Below, piece after piece: positions 7,167 to 17,233 of a stretch of DNA of 64,000 bases (position 1 is its first letter; every line of letters begins with the position of its first letter). A program made the translations under genes and the position numbers. The notes below the pieces were generated by a model that was not told the DNA's origin, did no database searches, and worked only from the letters and a program-made list of their open reading frames with translations. This DNA comes from Polyangiaceae bacterium. GTDB taxonomy: Bacteria; Myxococcota_A; Polyangia; Polyangiales; Polyangiaceae. The stretch is from assembly GCA_044376115.1 (NCBI GenBank), contig JBILLK010000002.1, positions 128,001 through 192,000 of the forward strand, in the 5' to 3' direction.

Positions 7167-8921
7167 ATGGTCAAGCGAGCGTTTGGCGTATCGAGGGTTG
7201 CAGCTTTGATCGTGTTCTTGGGCTGTGCAGGCCAAGAAACTGCTGGGGTCGGCGGTAGCGCCGGAAGCGATGGACCAGGCGCGGGCGGCATGGGGGGCGC
7301 GGCCGGCAGTCCTGTTACCGGCGGGGGTCCAAGCTCTGGAGGCAGCGGCGGTATGAACGGTGGGGGTGGGGAGGGGGCCACGGGCGGTTCATCCGGCACC
7401 GGCGTCAGCTTGACGGACTACCCACTCGAGAGTGAACCCAACGGCTCTCTCGCTGAGGCCAACCCTGTTGCGGACGGAACACTCGGTTTTCAAGGCGGGC
7501 TCGACACGGCCTCCGACGTTGACGTGTACAGCATCGAAGGCACGGTCGGTGCGTCGCTGCTAGCTCGCTTGAGTGATGGCAACGCCGGCTGCCCTGACGG
7601 GGCGGATTTCACGCTCACCATTTACGATCCGAGCAACTTGGAAATCGCTACGGCAAGCTCCGGATGTCCGGTGCTCAACGGCCAAAGTGATTTGGACCTG
7701 GGCTCGCTCGCGTCAGCAGGTACCTATTTCGTCCGTGTCACCGCCAACTCAGCAGTGCCCTTCTATGTGCTCGATCTCGCGGTTGAGGCCGCAGAATGTG
7801 GCGACAACGTCGTCCAGCTCGGAGAAGAGTGTGATGACGGCGACCTCGTTGGTGGTGACGGTTGTGAAGCCGATTGCACCATCACGCCGGTGTGTGGCGA
7901 TGGGTCCATTCAGTCGGGGGAGGAGTGTGACGACAACAACACTGCCGCCAACGACGGTTGCGATGCGGCTTGTCAGCTCGAGGGCAACTTCTGCTCCGAA
8001 GGCAACGTCGCGAACGACGGGACGGCTACCGCAACATCGCTTGCAGGGTGCACTGGCGGAGTGGCCGTCATCGATCCGGCGGGGGACCAAGACTACTTCA
8101 GCTTCGAGGTCGGCCAAGCCGGGTCGAGCCTGCGCGCCGAGATCACCACGTTGGCGGGAGGCGCATGTCCGGCCGGCTTCGATAGCTTCTTGCGACTCTT
8201 CGACAGCAGCGGGATGGAACTCGGCTCCGACGACGATGACGGCTTCGACGCCTGTTCGCTGATCAAGCCGCAGGACGCCTTCGCACAGAATCTCGCGGTC
8301 GGGACCTACTTCTTGCGCGTGGAGGAGTACCTGAATGACGAGACGCAGAGCCTCTACGCGCTCAACGTGAACGTCTCCCAACCCGGTTGTGGTGATGGCG
8401 TTTTACAGGTCGGTGAAGCCTGTGACGACGGCAACATGGTTGACAGTGACGCCTGCACCAACGCCTGTACGCTCTTCAGCTGCGGAGCTGGGGAGACGCT
8501 CAGGTTCTATCAGGCCTCTGGCTTGCCGTTGGCGATCCCTGATGCGGGGCCAGCGATCACTTCGACGATCACGGTGCCCGACACGGGGCTCGTTAAGAAG
8601 CTCGGGGTCACCATCTCGATTCAGCACGATTTGACCGCTGATCTCGACATCAGTCTCGACGCTCCTGGCGCCGCTTCGATCGTGCTCTCGGACGATAACG
8701 GGTTCGGCTCTGACTACACCGGGACGACCTTCTCCTCGTCCGGCGTCACCGGCATCGCCTCCGGAGCGTCGCCGTTCAGCGGAGTGTTTGCTCCTGAGGG
8801 GTCGATGGCTACCATCCTCAATACGACCGTCAACGGCGCTTGGGTATTGTCGGTTGTTGACGATGCCGGCTCCGACACCGGCTCGCTGCTCAGCTACAGC
8901 ATCTCCGCCTGCGTGCAGTAG
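7167..8921 (+). CDS. Lipoprotein with PPC domains, myxobacterial Cys-rich repeats (CGDG...EECDDG) and a C-terminal proprotein-convertase P-domain
   Basis: Lipobox FLGC; ESEPN..., DVDVY, DQDYF; three CGD..xCDD repeats; IPD...TSTITV...DLDISL...GAWVLSVVD..GDTG.L.SYSI; GAGG SD before ATG 7167. Confidence 0.85.
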   Translation: MVKRAFGVSRVAALIVFLGCAGQETAGVGGSAGSDGPGAGGMGGAAGSPVTGGGPSSGGSGGMNGGGGEGATGGSSGTGVSLTDYPLESEPNGSLAEANPVADGTLGFQGGLDTASDVDVYSIEGTVGASLLARLSDGNAGCPDGADFTLTIYDPSNLEIATASSGCPVLNGQSDLDLGSLASAGTYFVRVTANSAVPFYVLDLAVEAAECGDNVVQLGEECDDGDLVGGDGCEADCTITPVCGDGSIQSGEECDDNNTAANDGCDAACQLEGNFCSEGNVANDGTATATSLAGCTGGVAVIDPAGDQDYFSFEVGQAGSSLRAEITTLAGGACPAGFDSFLRLFDSSGMELGSDDDDGFDACSLIKPQDAFAQNLAVGTYFLRVEEYLNDETQSLYALNVNVSQPGCGDGVLQVGEACDDGNMVDSDACTNACTLFSCGAGETLRFYQASGLPLAIPDAGPAITSTITVPDTGLVKKLGVTISIQHDLTADLDISLDAPGAASIVLSDDNGFGSDYTGTTFSSSGVTGIASGASPFSGVFAPEGSMATILNTTVNGAWVLSVVDDAGSDTGSLLSYSISACVQ

Positions 8922-8926
8922 CGCGG

Positions 8927-10303
8927 TCAGCCTTTGAAGCGATCCAATGCGCGATGCAGTTCTTCGCAAACGCGCGTTGGGTCGCTCCCAAGCGACACCG
9001 GAACGTTAGCGAAGTCGGAGGCGAATTCGAGCGTCCCTTCGTGATAGCGCTGCTTGAACTCGCTGAACTTGAGGCCGTGTGCGGTGGAGATCACGACCAC
9101 GCTCTGGTCACGAGTGATCACCCCTCGTGTCGCCAGCTTCTCTGCGCAGGCGAGCGCGACGGCCGTGTGCGGGCAGGTGTAGAGCCCGGTGCGGTCGGCT
9201 CGTGCTGCGGCGCTGGCGAGCTCGGCTTCCGTCGCTTGTTCGACGACCCCATCCGTACGCGCTAGCGCCGCTATTGCCTTGCTCAAGGACACGGGCGCGC
9301 CGATTTGGATGGCGGAGGCCAACGTCTTTTGCGCCTCGATCGGCGCATAGTCGGCCTCACTGAGCGGATGGTGCTGCTCGCTGGCCTTCGAGAATGCGCG
9401 GTACAGCGGGTTCGCTCGTTCGGCCTGACAGCAGGCGATGCGCGGAAGCCTTTCGATCAGGCCGAGCTCGAGTAGCTCGACGAAGCCCTTGGCGATGGCC
9501 GAGACGTTGCCGAGGTTACCGCCGGGTACCAAGACCCAGTCGGGCACACTCCACGTATGGTCTTGAGCAATCTCGTAGGACAGCGTCTTTTGCCCTTCGA
9601 TGCGCAAGCTATTCATCGAGTTGGCGAGGTAGATCGATGAGTCCTTTGTAAGTTCGGCCACCGCTCGCATGCAGCCGTCGAAGTCGGTGTCGAGCGCGGC
9701 GACCAACGCGCCGTGCGCGATCGGCTGGACTAGCTGCGCTGTTGAGATCTTCCCGCGTGGTAGCAGCACCACCACCGGGATGCCGGCGGCTGCACCATAA
9801 GCGGCCAGTGCGGCGGAGGTGTCTCCGGTCGAGGCGCAAGCGAGCGCACGGATGTTGGCTCCGCTTTGCACCATCGCATGAACCGTCGAAACAAGTACGG
9901 TCATGCCCAGGTCTTTGAAGGAGCCGGTGTGCGTAGTGCCACATTGTTTTACCGACAAACGCGGTAGCCCGATCATCTCGCCAAAACGCTTGGCCGGGAG
10001 GAGAGGCGCGTTGCCCTCGAATAGCGAGACGATGTGCTCTGGCCGCAAGTGGGGCTGAACCAGCTCCAGCTTGCTCCAAACGCCGCTTGAATAGGGGTGC
10101 GGCGAACGGGGCGAACGGCTATCGAAGAGGGCCTTCCACTCGGCGGGGCTTCGTGCAGCTTTGAGCGCCGCGCGATCGTGGACCACCTCCAACAAGCCGC
10201 CCGATCGAGACCGATACACGACGGAGCTTAGCGGATAGTGCTCGTTTGCATCGTCGAGCGCTTGGAAGCGCGCCGATAGCGTCGGCACATTCGTGGGCTC
10301 CAT
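8927..10303 (-). CDS. thrC: Threonine synthase
   Basis: HTGSFKDLGM (PLP Lys), CASTGDTSAA, NSMNSLRIEGQKT, PGGNLGN, STAHGLKF; start MEPTN at 10303. Confidence 0.95.
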   Translation of the reverse strand: MEPTNVPTLSARFQALDDANEHYPLSSVVYRSRSGGLLEVVHDRAALKAARSPAEWKALFDSRSPRSPHPYSSGVWSKLELVQPHLRPEHIVSLFEGNAPLLPAKRFGEMIGLPRLSVKQCGTTHTGSFKDLGMTVLVSTVHAMVQSGANIRALACASTGDTSAALAAYGAAAGIPVVVLLPRGKISTAQLVQPIAHGALVAALDTDFDGCMRAVAELTKDSSIYLANSMNSLRIEGQKTLSYEIAQDHTWSVPDWVLVPGGNLGNVSAIAKGFVELLELGLIERLPRIACCQAERANPLYRAFSKASEQHHPLSEADYAPIEAQKTLASAIQIGAPVSLSKAIAALARTDGVVEQATEAELASAAARADRTGLYTCPHTAVALACAEKLATRGVITRDQSVVVISTAHGLKFSEFKQRYHEGTLEFASDFANVPVSLGSDPTRVCEELHRALDRFKG

Positions 10304-10305
10304 CC

Positions 10306-12198
10306 TTAATTCCCCCCGAAGGCTGTTGCGATGAGGCCAGCGATCCCGAGCGCGAGCGCCGCCAAGCTCTCCCCAGCGATCAACCCGCCGCCGCCTAGCG
10401 AGGTCGTGCTCATATCTTCTGGAAGCTCTTCGCCTTGCGAGCTTGGCTTGGGCTTCTTGGCGGCCGCACGCTCGAGGTATTCGTTGTAGGCCGACCCAAG
10501 GATGCCGCCGCCGCCGAACCAAAGCGAGGTCGCGAGGTCGACGAAACCGCCAAAGCTCGAGGCGTAGGGGCTGGGGATCACGAGCGCGTCGATCACGAAG
10601 TCGACCGCTTTGGCGCCCTCCGATGAACTCTTCCAAACACGGTAGCTTGCGCTAGCCCGCAGCAGCTTGCGAAGGATCTCGGTCACCACGCCGATGGCGA
10701 GTCCGATCAGGAGCAAGCGGGTGCCGATGGGGTTAGGCTTGGTGATGCCCTGCAGCGCACCGACGAACTTGTAGGTCATCGCGCTCTGCCATTGATCCAC
10801 CTGCTGCTCGGGGTGCTCAAAGGTGTTAACCGCCAGCACCGGGTACGCGTCCATGAACACCTTGGTGATCGCCACGGCGCAAACGGCGCCCATGGTGATG
10901 CCGATTACTTGGTAGCGAAACTGCGTTATGCGATTCGACCCAAGGCGCCAGCCTGTCGAGCGGTCTTGCTGCATATCGCAACCCACGCTGCAGGCAATCA
11001 ACAGTACTGCGCCCGCAAGCAACCCTATGCCGGCATCCTTTAGTCCAAAGTTGAAGCCGAGCAGCGAGGGTACGACGGTCATGAGCAATACGCTGACGAC
11101 GAAAGCGCTCGAGATGGGGTTCGAGTCGCTGATACCCAGCGAGATGCCGTTGACCAGCACGAACAGGAACGAGAGCACGACCGCAAACAGCATGAAGTGC
11201 ACCGGTACATTCATTACGAAGTAGCCAACGAGCACCACGGCTAGCGCCCAAAAGCTGACCCAGGCGAGCAGCCGGCCCGTGCTCAGCGATTCGGGCTCTT
11301 CTTCCGCCTGACCCTCTTCATTGGTGCGATAGGAGTGCTGGTGGGCCGAAGGTTTCGCGCGTCGTTGCTCGCGAAAGCGCACCCAGGCAGCCCGGAGGAT
11401 CAGTGTGATGTCCACCGCTGCGGCGCCCATGATCGTACCGAGGGCAACCAAGAAGCCCACTTTGCGGAACGGATCATTGGCACCGAGATAGCCGGATTCT
11501 CGGAGCCACGGCGTGAGCGCTTCCCCCAAGCCACTCACCACGATTGCGGGGACCCCGATGCGGGCCCCCACCACCATGCCAGCTCCCAACGTCGAGGCAC
11601 TGAAGTGGATCTTTCCAAGGAAGCTAAAGGCCGCAACCTTCTCGGCTAGGAGCGAGCCAGAGAACCCGATACCAGCGCCGCCACCAAGGGTGCCGATACT
11701 GCGTTTGAGCAGCCGCTTGTCGGTTAGGGCACGCAGGATGTTGGCCACCGCGAGCCCCGAGGGGAAGGTGAGCTGCATGCGGTCCACGAGCATTGGCGTG
11801 TAGAGCATGCCGATGCCGACGCCGAACATGCCGATGCAGAGAAAATAGAGAATCAGCTGCCACATCGGTGGTTGCGGCAAGCCAAGCCAAACCATGGCTT
11901 GGGTGAGCACGCCCATCGCCGCCATGCTGGCAACCGACGCCGCCATGGTCTGCATGTAGTTGGCGCCGTGTTTGCCCTCCGGGCCGTAGCCGTAGGTGAC
12001 GACGCTGCCCAAGATCCCCGCGAGCACTTGGCCGCCGACGAAGAACCCGAGGCTGAAGTTCATGTATGCGGCGGTGATGCCGCCGAGCGGGCCCAAGATG
12101 AAGATCGCCACCGCAGCGAGCAGCAGGTGGTACTTCCAAGAACCAATCGCTGGGAGAAAGCCAGGAGTAGGGGAGGCTTGTTCGCTTGGGTGCGCCAT
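10306..12198 (-). CDS. OPT/YSL family oligopeptide transporter
   Basis: Many TM helices; LTFPSGLAVA, MQQDRSTGW.LG and GGGLIAGESL motifs. Confidence 0.85.
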   Translation of the reverse strand: MAHPSEQASPTPGFLPAIGSWKYHLLLAAVAIFILGPLGGITAAYMNFSLGFFVGGQVLAGILGSVVTYGYGPEGKHGANYMQTMAASVASMAAMGVLTQAMVWLGLPQPPMWQLILYFLCIGMFGVGIGMLYTPMLVDRMQLTFPSGLAVANILRALTDKRLLKRSIGTLGGGAGIGFSGSLLAEKVAAFSFLGKIHFSASTLGAGMVVGARIGVPAIVVSGLGEALTPWLRESGYLGANDPFRKVGFLVALGTIMGAAAVDITLILRAAWVRFREQRRAKPSAHQHSYRTNEEGQAEEEPESLSTGRLLAWVSFWALAVVLVGYFVMNVPVHFMLFAVVLSFLFVLVNGISLGISDSNPISSAFVVSVLLMTVVPSLLGFNFGLKDAGIGLLAGAVLLIACSVGCDMQQDRSTGWRLGSNRITQFRYQVIGITMGAVCAVAITKVFMDAYPVLAVNTFEHPEQQVDQWQSAMTYKFVGALQGITKPNPIGTRLLLIGLAIGVVTEILRKLLRASASYRVWKSSSEGAKAVDFVIDALVIPSPYASSFGGFVDLATSLWFGGGGILGSAYNEYLERAAAKKPKPSSQGEELPEDMSTTSLGGGGLIAGESLAALALGIAGLIATAFGGN

Positions 12199-12275
12199 CG
12201 GTGCATGCAAAGTCACAGACTTCGACCAACGAAGCAATGCGGTTCCGGCGCGGCTGCCTTAGTCTGCAATCGGAA

Positions 12276-13391
12276 ATGAGGCTGCGCATTTGGACCCACC
12301 GAAGACCGACCTCGCGGGCGTTGGCTTTGTTCGGTTGGCTCGGTGCTGTGGCGTGCACGGTTAGCGGCCAAGATGCGCCGCGCAATCGCGCTGAAGCGAG
12401 CGTGGTCGAGGTTCCCAGCCCCACAGCTTCGCCCTCCGCGTCGACCGTCGTCTCCGCCAGCGCATCGGCCGCGGCTCCTGCAACGCCCGCGGAACCTTTC
12501 GTCGCGGCGGCGCGCGCCAGAGCGATGCTCTTCCCCGATGGAGTTCCGAGCGCGGCCGGTTGCGGCGCCGAACCGAGCGCGCCCAATCAGCCGGCAGACG
12601 CCTTCGTACGCTGTTTGATCGCCCACCGCTTCGCCGAACACGCGCCGGCGCAGGAGTTGGCCCTCTCGCTCTTCGATCGCGCGGGAGACGTCACTGCCAC
12701 CGAGCTTCCTTTCGTGATGGACGGCGGATTTCGCGGGGACATCCGTTTGGTCGGTGAGCTACCCGTCGGGCCGCACTTGAAGCACCTGCGCTGGGTCGAA
12801 AGCGCCAAGCGGGCGATGCTCGAGTTTGAGGCTGGGATCAGCAAGCACGCCACGTCGAAGCTCAACTATCGACAGGGCGGCGTGTTGTGGAAGTTCGCCC
12901 GAAGCGTTGGCCGCACCACCCCATCGGCCTACGCTGGAGGCTGGGAGATCGGCTACAACGTCGCGGGGTCGCTGCACGCGAGCGAGGTGGCCGTGCGCGA
13001 TACGATCTTCCACGAGATCTTCCACTTGAACGACCAAGAGCATGATGGCTGGTCGCGCCGCGTCTTGGGCCAGCTGGTGGACGGTATCGCCGAACGCTGC
13101 AAGTCGCGCTCGCTCTGCCTAAAGCCTTTTGCTCCGGGCAAAACCATGGTTCGCGGCGGAACGTATTACGCTTTTCAACCTGACAACGGCGACATCGCGC
13201 ACGAGTACGCAGCTGAACTGGCAACGCGCTACTTCGTTGAGCAGCTGACCATGCTTCGCGGTGAGACCTTGGCCGAGGCTCCCTTCAAGTGCGCCGCACC
13301 GGAGAACGCGGAGGCGATGAAAAGCTTGGCTCAAGAGTTTTTCGGTGGTGTGGATCGAACTCCGACTTGCGGAGCGCAGCCGCAACGATGA
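12276..13391 (+). CDS. Lipoprotein with HExxH motif (putative zinc metallopeptidase)
   Basis: AVAC lipobox-like; IFHEIFHLND and a downstream HEYAAE. Confidence 0.6.
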   Translation: MRLRIWTHRRPTSRALALFGWLGAVACTVSGQDAPRNRAEASVVEVPSPTASPSASTVVSASASAAAPATPAEPFVAAARARAMLFPDGVPSAAGCGAEPSAPNQPADAFVRCLIAHRFAEHAPAQELALSLFDRAGDVTATELPFVMDGGFRGDIRLVGELPVGPHLKHLRWVESAKRAMLEFEAGISKHATSKLNYRQGGVLWKFARSVGRTTPSAYAGGWEIGYNVAGSLHASEVAVRDTIFHEIFHLNDQEHDGWSRRVLGQLVDGIAERCKSRSLCLKPFAPGKTMVRGGTYYAFQPDNGDIAHEYAAELATRYFVEQLTMLRGETLAEAPFKCAAPENAEAMKSLAQEFFGGVDRTPTCGAQPQR

Positions 13392-13401
13392 AAGAGCAGC
13401 G

Positions 13402-14442
13402 ATGACTCCGCTCGAGAAGCTTCAGGTTCTTTCCGCCAGGGCGATCATGGCCTTGCCGGCTCAGCTGCAGAATCGTTTGCTGCCGAAGGAGCCCACGCGC
13501 CAAGCTGGCTTCGAACTCGACCGGCAGGTGGAGCTCTTGCTGGCGCTCAGCCGCGGCCTAAAGCAGCCGAAGTCGCAGGCGTTGTCCTTACCAGCTGCGA
13601 GGCGCTTGTTCGATCTTCAGGCCACCCTGATGGTGCGGCCAGCACCTCGGATCGCGAGGGTGTTCGAGGAGAAGGTGGAGGACGGGCTCTGGGTGCGCAT
13701 CTACGAGCCGATTCGTGCGGCCAGGCCGCTGCCATCGCTCGTCTACTTCCACGGTGGCGGGTTTGTGCTGGGCGGCTTTGATACGCACGATGCTCCGTGC
13801 CGACGCCTGGCCGAAGAGACCGGCAGCATCGTGATCAGCGTGGATTATCGTTTGGCGCCCGAGCATGTGTTTCCGGCCGCGGTCGAGGATGCGCTGACGG
13901 GCTTCCGCTGGGTCGCAGCGCAGTCGGAGCGGCTCGGCATCGACGCGCGACGGATCGGCGTTGGCGGTGATAGCGCCGGCGGCAATCTTGCCGCGGTGGT
14001 CGCGCTCGAGACCCGGTCGGACGCAGTCAAGCCGAAGGCGCAGATCCTGATTTACCCCGCGGTCGACTTTACGCTGGCATCGCCGTCGATCGAGTCGCTG
14101 AAGCGCGGGTACTTCCTCGAGAAGTCAACCATCGAGTGGTTTCGCGAGCGCTATCTTGCGAGCGCCAGCCGGCTCGATGGTCGGGCCTCGCCGCTCTTGC
14201 GTGAGGACCTGAGCGGCGCGCCGTCGGCCGTGCTGCATGTCGCTGGCTTTGACCCGTTGCGCGACGAGGGCCTGGCCTACGCAGACCGGTTGAGGGCGAG
14301 CGGTGTGCCCGTGGTTTCACGTACCTTTGGCTCGTTGTTCCATGGGTATTTGAACGCCACGCGGTTGCGCGCTGCGGACGTGGCGGTGGCAAAGCTATCG
14401 GAAGACGTTCGTGCAGCGCTCTCGTTGGAGTCTGCCACGTGA
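13402..14442 (+). CDS. Alpha/beta hydrolase, HSL-family esterase/lipase
   Basis: YFHGGGF, VDYRLAPEH, GDSAGGNL, FDPLRDEG, HGY. Confidence 0.93.
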   Translation: MTPLEKLQVLSARAIMALPAQLQNRLLPKEPTRQAGFELDRQVELLLALSRGLKQPKSQALSLPAARRLFDLQATLMVRPAPRIARVFEEKVEDGLWVRIYEPIRAARPLPSLVYFHGGGFVLGGFDTHDAPCRRLAEETGSIVISVDYRLAPEHVFPAAVEDALTGFRWVAAQSERLGIDARRIGVGGDSAGGNLAAVVALETRSDAVKPKAQILIYPAVDFTLASPSIESLKRGYFLEKSTIEWFRERYLASASRLDGRASPLLREDLSGAPSAVLHVAGFDPLRDEGLAYADRLRASGVPVVSRTFGSLFHGYLNATRLRAADVAVAKLSEDVRAALSLESAT

Positions 14443-15233
14443 GAAGGTCTGCATTGGTCGGTCGCTTCCTCGCGCTTCTCGTTGCGACAGGCGTCTTTGG
14501 CTCTGCTCGGGTTGGTTACGCGCAGCAAGCTGCGGCTTCCACCGAAACCGCGCCTTTACAAGCGGAACCTTCGCGGCCGGCGCCGCTCGCGCCGCTCCCG
14601 CTAGGGTCGCTGCCCAAGCAACGCCGCTTGGATGTGGGGGCCGGGTTGCTGTTGCGGTCCGCCGTCTTCTCGCGCGAGCCCGAGGCCAGTCGAGCCGACG
14701 TTTCCCTCGGGGTCGGCGCCTCGCTCCTCGCGCGCGTCTTGGTGCTGCCGGAGTTCATGGCGGGCGTCGGCGCGGGCTGGACGCGTAGCTCGTTGCAGCT
14801 GGCCCAGGGGGACTTCGTAGCTGGCGCCGAGGTTGAAGAGGGGCCTCTGGATACGTTCGACTTCGAGCTGCTCGCGCTGCCGACTTGGCCGGCCGCTGAC
14901 GGGGTTCGGCTGTTTGCGTTGCTCGGGCTGGGCTACTCGATCTCAAGCACGCAGGTGCTCATCGCGCAGGATGCCAGTGGGACGTTCCCGATCCCCGACC
15001 GTGATCGCAGCCACTTCATTGTGCCGCTCGGGTTGGGCGGCTCGTTGACGCTTGTGCCGAACTGGCTGTCGCTGGAGTTTTCGCTGAAGGTCGTTCCAAC
15101 CTTTTCGGACATTGGGTCGGGCAGTGAAGCCGGGCGAGTGCTCGATGGAGCAGGCCAAGTCCGCGCGCTCGACCCGCTGCCGGCTGTCCCGATTTGGTTC
15201 TCGCAATCGCTTGGATTGGGGCTGCTCTTATGA
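14439..15233 (+). CDS. Exported hypothetical protein, possible outer-membrane beta-barrel
   Basis: Signal peptide, alternating amphipathic strands; coupled (4-nt overlaps) on both sides. Confidence 0.6.
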   Translation: MRRSALVGRFLALLVATGVFGSARVGYAQQAAASTETAPLQAEPSRPAPLAPLPLGSLPKQRRLDVGAGLLLRSAVFSREPEASRADVSLGVGASLLARVLVLPEFMAGVGAGWTRSSLQLAQGDFVAGAEVEEGPLDTFDFELLALPTWPAADGVRLFALLGLGYSISSTQVLIAQDASGTFPIPDRDRSHFIVPLGLGGSLTLVPNWLSLEFSLKVVPTFSDIGSGSEAGRVLDGAGQVRALDPLPAVPIWFSQSLGLGLLL

Positions 15234-15871
15234 CGGCAAACAATGCTCGGCCGAAGATCGTCGCGGTCGCCGGCAACATCGGCGCTGGGAAGTCGAGTTT
15301 GGTGGAGTGGCTCGAGCAGCAGTTGGGGATGGTCCCATTCTTCGAACCTCACGCAGAGAATCCGTACCTGGCCGAGTTCTACGGCGATATGCAGCGCTGG
15401 GGGCTGCACTCCCAGCTCTTCTTTCTGATCCATCGCTTCCGCATCCACAAGGACATCGAGGCGCGGGCCGAGAGCGCTGGCTGCAACATCGTTCAAGATC
15501 GCACCATCTACGAGGACGCCGAGATCTTCGCCGAGCAGCTGCACAACAGCGGGGCCATCGTCGAGCGGGATTGGAAGATGTACTCGGACCTCTACTCGAC
15601 CTTGCGTGGCGAGCTGCGTCCGCCCGACTTAATGATCTACTTGCGTTGTCCAGTCAACGTGCTCACCAAGCGCATTCGCAAACGGGGGCGCAGCTTCGAG
15701 CAGACGATCCCGCGCAAGTACCTCACGGCGTTGCACGAGCTTTACGAAGCCTGGTTTGAGCGCTACTCGGACTCGCCGAAGATCGTGATTCCAACCGACC
15801 GGGTCGACTACGTGGAGCAACTTTTCGACCGCCAGGAGCTGTTGCAAGAGATTCGCTCTCGGCTTTCGTAG
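15230..15871 (+). CDS. Deoxynucleoside kinase
   Basis: GNIGAGKS P-loop, ENPYL..FY, QDRTIYED, IRKRGRSFE. Confidence 0.93.
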   Translation: MTANNARPKIVAVAGNIGAGKSSLVEWLEQQLGMVPFFEPHAENPYLAEFYGDMQRWGLHSQLFFLIHRFRIHKDIEARAESAGCNIVQDRTIYEDAEIFAEQLHNSGAIVERDWKMYSDLYSTLRGELRPPDLMIYLRCPVNVLTKRIRKRGRSFEQTIPRKYLTALHELYEAWFERYSDSPKIVIPTDRVDYVEQLFDRQELLQEIRSRLS

Positions 15872-16004
15872 GACCGCGCGGCGTCGTAGCGAAAATCTTC
15901 ATGCGATTGTGGTACGAGTCATTTGCTCATGCCTAGAGGCCTGCTAGGTCTCAGGCTCGGCCCGCAGTGGCGGAACCGCCCAACTGCATCCAAGACGAGG
16001 ACTC

Positions 16005-16610
16005 ATGGCGCGCTTCGACAACGATTCGGACGAGACTAAACCCACTGGAACCGACGGCGAGCGGTTGGCGAATCGGCTGATCGACGCTCGAGCATTGATC
16101 CTCGCGGAGGAGGTCAGCGACACGATGTATCGCCACGTGGCGACCATGTTGACGCTACTGGAGCGCAAGGACCCGAAAGCGCCCATCACCGTTTTCGTCA
16201 ATTCGCCCGGCGGTTCAGCCGACTCAGGCTTTGCGATCTACGATCTGTTCCGCTTTTCGCCGTGCCCGATCTTCACCGTCGCTAACGGCGTCGTCGCCTC
16301 CGCGGCCGTGTTGATCTACCTCGGCACGCCAAAAGAGCGTCGCGTTGCGCTGCCCAACGCTCGCTTCTTGCTCCACCAGCCCTCCACCACCACCCGCGGC
16401 CAGGCGACGGATATCGACATCACAGCCCGGGAGATCGTCAAGCTGCGCACTCGCTACAACCAGATCGTGCACGAGACGACAGGCAAGCCTGTCGACCAGG
16501 TGACGAAGGATAGTGACCGCGACTTCTGGCTCACCTCAGCAGAAGCCCACGAGTATGGTTTGGTCGGCCGGGTGATCCAGCGACGATCGGAGCTCGAAGA
16601 GCTGCGCTAG
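16005..16610 (+). CDS. clpP: ATP-dependent Clp protease proteolytic subunit
   Basis: NSPGGS, VASAA (Ser), LLHQP (His), DRDFWL (Asp), EYGLV; GAGGA SD. Confidence 0.92.
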   Translation: MARFDNDSDETKPTGTDGERLANRLIDARALILAEEVSDTMYRHVATMLTLLERKDPKAPITVFVNSPGGSADSGFAIYDLFRFSPCPIFTVANGVVASAAVLIYLGTPKERRVALPNARFLLHQPSTTTRGQATDIDITAREIVKLRTRYNQIVHETTGKPVDQVTKDSDRDFWLTSAEAHEYGLVGRVIQRRSELEELR

Positions 16611-16634
16611 CCGGGCGACTTCGGAGGTCGCCGG

Positions 16635-16666
16635 AGGCCCGTCGAGCGAGAGCTTGGCGGGCTTTT
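16635..16666 (+). terminator. Rho-independent terminator after clpP
   Basis: GCCCGTCGAGC-GAGA-GCTTGGCGGGC-TTTT stem (with G-U pairs), GNRA loop and T-tract. Confidence 0.7.
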
Positions 16667-16732
16667 GCGCAGTCGTCGCCATGGGAGTTGGACCAGCGGC
16701 GACTCACCCAGCTACGATGAGGCCCGATAACT

Positions 16733-17074
16733 ATGCCCGGCCCTATTGAAAGCTCCGGTTCGATCGAGACCTTCTGCCACCTGTCGGATGCGCCCTCCAG
16801 CCGGCGGAGCACGTTCTCCTTCGACGCTGTGGCCGCCGGCGACCGGGTGGCCATCTGTTTCGCCGCCCAAGACGGCAATCCACCGTACGCTTTGAAGGTG
16901 AAAGCGCCGAACGGCGCGCTGATGCTCGACCGGATCGTGCGTGAGCTGCCGACTGGCCTACCGCAAAGCGAGCCGCCGGTGGAGTTCGTCGTTTCGGTCC
17001 GTGGCCGCTACACCATCGAGATTCGCGAGATCCAAGGCACCCAGTGGGGCCGGGCTTTCTTGTCGGTCACGTAG
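16733..17074 (+). CDS. Hypothetical protein (Ig-like beta sandwich?)
   Basis: 113-aa ORF with typical codon bias; GRYTIEIRE strand pattern. Confidence 0.65.
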   Translation: MPGPIESSGSIETFCHLSDAPSSRRSTFSFDAVAAGDRVAICFAAQDGNPPYALKVKAPNGALMLDRIVRELPTGLPQSEPPVEFVVSVRGRYTIEIREIQGTQWGRAFLSVT

Positions 17075-17233
17075 ACCGAAGCGCGCGTACGTGCGTCCGA
17101 TTGAATGTTGTTCGTGTTCTTTTTGCAACTCAGCCAGCGTTCGAAGCTACGATGAAGGTGTCCGATTCGCTTGTCACGGCCCGCTGAGAGGCGCCGCCCC
17201 CCTGGACAATCACCGAGAGAGCCCTGACCTCCT

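Noticed and set aside
10304..10636. N-terminal extension of thrC
   Set aside because: Overlaps the OPT gene in another frame; ATG 10303 directly follows the OPT stop.
15909..15927. TGGTACGAGTCATTTGCT as a sigma-54 promoter for clpP
   Set aside because: GG-to-GC spacing is 12 nt, not the required 10.
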